A DNA stretch of 64,000 nt from Schmidtea nova. Its lineage: Eukaryota. The position numbers were made by a program, and so were the translations under genes. The stretch is taken from NCBI GenBank assembly GCA_044892505.1, contig CM097883.1, positions 64,108,001 to 64,172,000 of the forward strand, written 5' to 3'. The number at the start of each line of letters is the position of its first letter. Within the stretch, counting starts at the first letter, position 1. Positions 56,878 to 64,000 of this stretch are shown here, piece by piece. The notes below the pieces were generated by a model. It worked only from the letters and a program-made list of their open reading frames with translations, did no database searches and was not told the DNA's origin.

Positions 56878-59800
56878 CTTTCGAAAATTCAAAATTAATT
56901 AAATAAGGTTAAATGGAAATAATAATATTATACACTAAGTAATATACCAAAACTTGCATTATAAATGCTTACCGTTTACCCAACATTTCATCATCACAGA
57001 AACCTCCACAATATCCAAAACCTCTTTTTTGTATTGGAACTTGTAGTTTTGAAAAGACTGGATACTTTTAGTAATTAAAATTTGTCAGATTTTTTATAAA
57101 ACTAATTTTTATTCAAAAACATTTATTTATTTTATAAATATATAAAAACAGTTTTAAAAAATAAATAAATTAAATGTATACAAATAATCAAAAAGTAATT
57201 TAAATAAAAATAAATGTTTATCGTTCTTACATTAATAATTGGTGATTTCGAAAAGACAACTGGTTTCAAATCGGGATTCTATTATTAAAAATAAAATTTT
57301 GTTACAATTTTAAATAACTTACATTTCTATCCATATTTGTTGATTAATAGATAAAATTTAAACAACATAACAAATAAAACAATGGGTATTTTTTCGTAAA
57401 TCGTTTGAAATAAAATATCATCATTAATATTATAAAAATATATTAAAGTAATAAATAAAAAAACATGATTTAATAAATATATTATCTTTGTGAAAAATGG
57501 GAATTTATAAATAATATCCACAGACTAAATTTAAATTTCATAAACTATGACAGCCAAAAATATTTAATACATACTGGTGAGTTGTTGACCGTCAATATGA
57601 CCTTGACGTTGTTATGGCTCACATTAACAACTCAACACATAAAACATCAGTTTAACCATCTTGTTGCCCGTCACAGTGTAACGTTGGTAATGCAACAAAT
57701 GAGTGGATATTCGCAATCAGTGTGCGTTGAAAATTCTAAACTATGATTGACTGAAAATTTCCTGAGTTCAAGGGCTACCGATAGAAGGTTTGGCGCCCAT
57801 TTTTGTCTCTTAACCAAATTTACGATGTATCTTGTTCGAAGCTGTGCAACTGAAATCAATTTTTAGAGTTCGGAATTTAAAATTTTTACTATTACTATTT
57901 AATCATTAATAGCCACTTCTAGTTTAATAATTGAAAAAAAAGAAAATATCAAACTGCATATAAGGAAAATATAATGTAAAGATGCACAAACTAAAATTCA
58001 CAATGAAATTATAAAAAAATATCAAATTAAATCACAGATTTTATGAGTCCAATATTGTTTAATCGATCGACTCCAGTGATGTCTTCTTTATTTGACCTAG
58101 CAAGCGAGCCTCCTGTCTGCTCTTACGCCGTGCCCTTACTCCTTTGCTGGGCTTCAAGCGCTTTGACTTCTCGGGCTTTGAAATAACTGATGCCCTTCTT
58201 CAACCCTTACTGGGAGTATTTCTTGTGCCGGCAAAGCCATTTTCTGTTAGGCGGCCGAAATGATGCCGCTTTCATTTTGTAGCCTGGCAATTGCGGCTTC
58301 GCGCTCCCGAATCATCACTTTGCAGGCATGTAACTGCATTGCGCCTTCAGATGCTTTTTGTATCAAGATTTGATTCTGCTTCTTGATTTTTCAACTTCTT
58401 CCTTGCACATCCATGTCGCTTCCATTGTGCGACACCAAGCTCGGAATTTCTCCATTCGTGAGGTCATTTCCCCTAACGCCCCAGCGCTGACTGGTTTTTC
58501 GGCCTCAAAGTCGGCTTATCGGATAACAACACGATGATTATCTAGCGCGGTTTCCACCGCTCTGCGCAGCAGTTCATCTCATTTCTGATTCTGATCCATA
58601 ATCTGAAGTTAAAACATAATATTCAAAACATAGTTATTCCAGTATCACAACAGCCTACCATATTCATGCAAAACCTCATTCTATTATACCAACTATCGTT
58701 TTTTATTTCCGTTTAAAATCATTATGATATCACTACTCAATTCGGTTAACATAATTTGTTTAGAAGCGTATATACTCGGAATGTACTACTATATTACCTT
58801 AACATATCTAACTATTATTTTCATACTTTTGAATTTTCTGTATTTTTTTATGTATAAATTTAAATAAACTTTGCTTAAGTCCTATTTCTTAATGTCTATC
58901 TTGCTTTATAAATATATTTATGATTTTACTAAAAATTTAATAGTTTAACTTTTTTTATTTTGCCGTGACTCTGACAACTGTTAACGATGCAAATTTTCTC
59001 CAAAATTTAATTTATCTATTTGATAATTTTATTTAAGTTTTTATGAATTTTATTTAAATTTTTATATTTGAGCGAATATTTTAATTTAGGAATTCGAATT
59101 CAAATCCCTTCCCCGTCAGGAATGCTTACGATACTCCGATGCAAAGAAATACTATATAAGTGGGAAAGCAAAAATCGCTAATTTTAATTGGCTGATTTAC
59201 AGTATGAAGATTTGATTTCTCTAATAAGCTTATTGATTTTATGTATTCTAATTTTAGGAAGATAGATTTCCTCAATCGGTTGAAAATCAAAAGTAATATT
59301 TATATTCTTTTCCCATTTTTTATTTATGAAATTGTCTATAGTAGTTGCAAATTCAATGAGGAAGTTAAATGGTCAATTTCCCACGTCAACATCGTTTCCA
59401 CATTTCATTCGGGTTTATCATTCAATTGCATTGCGACTTCTGCTATTTGTAAGTTAATTTAAATGATTTTCTTAATATCATATCCCATTTTCCACTCATT
59501 AGATAGCGGCATTGTCCCTTGACGTTGCCAATATAGCTCGGCCAGAAAAGCCTCATATTCATCGATTTTGGAATTTATTCAGTAAAAACTCATTCAGGGG
59601 AAAGATTTTAAGAATTCTTTACCGCTTTCGTTCGGTGAGATTCACATGTGATCCGAATTTATGATTTGAATTATAAGTTTGTAATTGTGAATAAAAATTT
59701 GCATTTGTTTCGTCTTTCCTTTTTATAACAAAATTTTATATAACAAAATGTATATAAATATATATATATGTGTGTGTGTGTATCGCTAACTTGGGTTGGA

Positions 59801-61249
59801 TATTTATTACGAAAGTTCTAGTTGTGATTTATGGAAATACACCCGTGTATCTTAAAGTTATTACGATAATGTCGCGTCATAAAGTGTCTTAAGTTAAAAT
59901 GAAATAGTATATAGGGTATTGTAGGTTGCAATTATTTATGTTGTAGTATGTCGTTGTGTGACAAATGGTTTAATTTAGACTCTAAATTTTAGAGTATATA
60001 TGAATAGCACTTTATACGAAAACTTCCGGATGTAGTATGCTGTATGTGAGGTATGATGAACGAACTGAAGTATGTATGCACTTTTCCTGGGTGAGGTGAG
60101 ACGAGAATGTAAATTGCTGACTTAATTAGTTAGATGCATTTGTGATTACGATGTTTTGAGATGCAAGGAGATTGTATCAATGAATGTTGTGATGTGCAAG
60201 TTTATATTTATACATAGTACTTTTATAGGTTTATTGCGGGTCTTCTCTGAACGTTCTTAGGTAGGAGATGATATTGAATAAAATAGGTAATTCAACGATG
60301 GATGAGATTGAGTGAGTGCCTGTGTCAATTTTCTGGATGTGTTATGCTGATGAATGTTAATGAATGAAACGATATAGTATGTGTGCGTTGGTAAATCAAT
60401 ACATTGTTTGGTGACGTATTAATATAGATAGTGTTAATGAGTGTTATAAATGTATCAATTTGCAAAGAGTGTTTTGTAGCTTATTTCTAATTTTTGGATG
60501 GGGTAAATTATGAAATTGTTGGGCCAAAACGCAATTTGTTTTAATAAAGCAATAACCCCATAGGTAGAGAACGCGCAAAATCCCATTTTAACCCTAGCAT
60601 CCATTAAAAATCCAACAATTAAGTGGAAAACATCAAAAGGTGAAGTGGAATCGAAACACATCAACCGGTAGAGTAAGCGCTAACTGCGAATTTGTAAGTT
60701 TTTCACCGAAATCTCGAGAAAAAATTAAAAGCAGAATGTTTGAAAGTTAGAATAGGCGGAAAACCCATTGAAAATGCCTATAAAGAACAGAATTTTTTCA
60801 TAAACCTTTAGTACAGAAAAATTAATAAAAATTTTAGAAGAAAATTGTGATTTTGTCACAGAATTTCACATTTAACAATAGAAAGAATTAATATGGATCG
60901 GAATATCATAAATTAAATCAAACCGAACAATTTCGATTTAAAAATAAAGATTTGGAATTAAAATAAATTATTTATGGTTTAATAAAAATTATTATACAAA
61001 AATATGGAATAAATTTTCGGAAAATCGTTAGAATTAATTTAGAAAAAATTAAGAGAAAATTCTAGAACAATTTGTTTTATTGCACTACTGAAGATAGCGA
61101 AAAATTGATGGTATATATACCGCCATCAAAATGGCAGAATTCAGAATTTGTGAGAATTTTGTCGGAAATTTTTTTTATTAACTAAATTGAAGAGAATTTA
61201 ATTCGCCAGAGTTGTACCATTTCATCTGAACTTCAATTTTTAGAGAAGA

Positions 61250-61390
61250 AAACAAAAAGCCGAATTTTAATTTATCTATTTGGATCAAGATAAGAACCTT
61301 TCCGAAGACTAGAACCAAAAGAAAACCAAAAGCCGAATTTTAATTTATCTATTTGGATCAAGATAAGAACCTTTCCGAAGACTAGAACCG
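61250..61390. repeat. ~68-bp tandem duplication
   Basis: AAAAGCCGAATTTTAATTTATCTATTTGGATCAAGATAAGAACCTTTCCGAAGACTAGAACC occurs twice. Confidence 0.85.
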
Positions 61391-64000
61391 TAAGGGTTAA
61401 TTTGATTAATTGTTAATATTATTTTTCATTGGGATTGGAATGGTCGTTATCATGCCTAACGATCCTTCCATTCCTCGAGTTCTTATTATTTAAAAATGTA
61501 ATTAATTTTGTTATTTTATTTAGTACTAATATTTTATTATGATATTATTTAAATATTAAATTTATTTTTATTCAGTCTGCTTTTGAAAATATTTTTTTTA
61601 TATACTCACAAGTTCCCAAACACTTAAAATAATCATGAAAACTGTCGAAATAAAATTATGAAAATTAAATTTTTTTTTCTCCCATATCTTCTGACGATCC
61701 GTCCAGCCTTGGTTGTGCGGGTCTGTTAGTAGCCTGGGTGGATCGTTGTCTGATTGGTAATCGGCCAGCCCATATTTCCACTTTAAGGTGAGGCTCATAC
61801 ATCCATAATCTCGTCATCCCAACTGGGGAATCGTGGTATGGCCAAGAGCAAGGATTTGTTATACTAATGATTCTTATTATAATAGAGTAGTATATTATTA
61901 TTATTTTACATAAGCAATTTCGTAATATAACATAACAATTTCTAACTCATGTCTTGAAATCTAAAATAGGAAATATTATTGATTAAAAATCGACTCGTAC
62001 TCACCTTCACCTTCACGCTCTCAATGACGATCATTTTATGAGAAAACGCAAGAAAAATGGATACTAATGATGAAAAGAAAATTATTCGAAATAATGCTCA
62101 AAGCTAGAATAATGCTCACGAAATGAAACGAATTGTGAAACAAGTATTGATTTGATCTGAATAACTCATTATTGTCTAAATAGGTTTTTTCCATGTGAAT
62201 CTTGTTTTTCGAGAGCCTGAAATTCCTAAGTGAAGCGTCCCGAAAAATTCGCGCGCACTTTAATTGGGAAATTCATGCTCAACAAAACCGAAATTCATTT
62301 TGCTCGATATCGAAAAATATTCTTTGAAGAATTTATAATTTATGATTTTTAGATTTTTATTCAATGTATAAAACTTTTTAGATTAAATGCTTATTTAGAT
62401 TTCGAAATTTATGGATAAAAATTTATTATTATGTGGATTTCGTTTCGATCAAAAAATAAAAATTTACTTTTTATTATATTGAAAAAATTTTTATAATGAA
62501 AAATTGTAAACCAAAAATTCTCCGAATATTGTTATGATATAAAAGATTTTGTCATTTTATAAAATTCCTAAGAATTTATAAATCAAAACTTATATTGAAA
62601 CCCATAAAAATTTTAAATCGAAAATATTATTATTATATTGAAAATTTTATCATTTTAAAAATCCAAAATTTCAAAATTTTATAGGAAAATGTTTTACTAT
62701 ATATATATATATTTATACTTAAAATATAAAAATTCGAATATAAAAATGTATATTATAAAAACTAGAAATTTTATTATTATATTATTTTCATAAAATTATA
62801 AATTTGAAATTTATAAAAAGTATTATAAAATTTTATATTATAAAAATTAGAAATTTTATTATTATATTACTTTCATAAAATTATAAATCTAAAATTTATA
62901 AAAAGTATTATAAAAATTATTATTATTATTTTAATATAAAAATTATTATTATTATTTTAATTTTAAAAATATTTTATATAATTTATATATAGTATATTAT
63001 AAATACCCCCACGATATCTCAAAATCATAACGCATCCATATTTGCAAAAAATTACATCCATTTCATTCAATAACATTTCCCATACTAATACACAGGCAAC
63101 ATATATTTAAAATACAATATACACACATACACAGTATCATTTATTAGCATTCAATAGTTATATACACACAGGCAAACCATACTGAAAATTCTACACAGTT
63201 ATGTTAGTCTGCATCACACATCCAGAAAAACCATACAAAAATTTCATTCACTTATATCTATCATTCAACCATACCATAAAAAATTAAATATACCCAGCCA
63301 AACTTAGTACAATCAAATAGGCCATTTACATTACAGTTTATTTTTAATTTCCCATTTACAAAAATTTCATAAAAATAATAAAAACTCAAACGAAAAAGAG
63401 TAAAGACGAAAAAAAAAATTATCTAAATATTTATTGATAAAAATTGATGGTCATTCAGTTTGAGGGATAAGAGTCTCCGGCAAGGAATTTTTCGGTTTAC
63501 AGTGCTTGAAGGGCCAGTTTCAACATATTCTCTACAAGAAATTTTCTAAAATTGCTCAAAATAAATTATAATTCTAAAATAATCAAAATTTTACTTGGTC
63601 GATAGAGCGGGCAATTTTGCTCCGTAGGAGCTAGAATTCTAGATTTTTTGACCCATCTGGGGTGGGAGAATTTTCCTCTGACTTCGTAGTTTCTGGAGAG
63701 ATCCATTTCTTGTTGATCTGAACTATAGAAATCGTTAATTGATCAATTTAGTGAAAAAATTCAGAAAATTACATTTAAAATTAATATGATTTTTAAATTG
63801 AGTAAATTTGTCCTTTTGATTAAATTAGCAATTTTAAACAAACGGAAATTTTATTTTTATTATTTCTAAACTCGATAAAATTACGGTAGTAATTAAAATT
63901 TTTCTTAAATTTCAAATGCAGATTAAAATTTTTCTATAAAAATAAAATATTTTATGTATTAATTATCATAAAATGCAATATTGGTAAAATATAGGGTTAT

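Noticed and set aside
61690-61860. GC-rich island as tRNA or SINE
   Set aside because: No A/B boxes or cloverleaf could be built.
62300-64000. Structured element in the terminal AT-rich region
   Set aside because: Low-complexity local duplications; no termini, TSD or ORF identified.

Overview
AT-rich eukaryotic DNA, probably from a planarian or similar flatworm (inference from base composition, ~50-nt introns and the element type). It is a nest of mobile elements. The centrepiece is an apparently intact and very young 29.35-kb Ty3/Gypsy LTR element on the minus strand (9281-38633), with 3,242-bp apparently identical TG..CA LTRs, a 4-bp GAAG TSD and a tRNA-Pro PBS. Its single 3,892-aa ORF has an unusual order: Gag, 3 CCHC knuckles, ~4 ubiquitin-like modules, AT-hook, Bcl-2-like domain, signal segment, chuvirus/gB-like envelope glycoprotein (furin REKR, TM), protease, RT, RNase H, integrase, ankyrin repeats. 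Env therefore lies between Gag and Pol in one frame. Further cargo: an ankyrin/FN3-like/TM protein separated by one in-frame TAA, a full-length intronless TRAF, an IAP-type RING ORF, coiled-coil proteins, a small type I membrane protein and two ORFs inside each LTR. The leader carries an array of six bulged hairpins and a 19-nt tandem repeat. It resembles the giant planarian Burro-type elements, with virus-like apoptosis/NF-kB-modulating cargo. Flanks: a Buster/Charlie hAT split by a Polinton-type non-autonomous TIR element; an older Gypsy remnant that was the insertion target; a decayed Polinton (MCP, penton, integrase, ATPase, plus a TBP-like gene); Penelope fragments with minimal hammerhead ribozymes; and a host RSRC2-like gene. 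Domain calls are by eye from motifs; no database searches were run.
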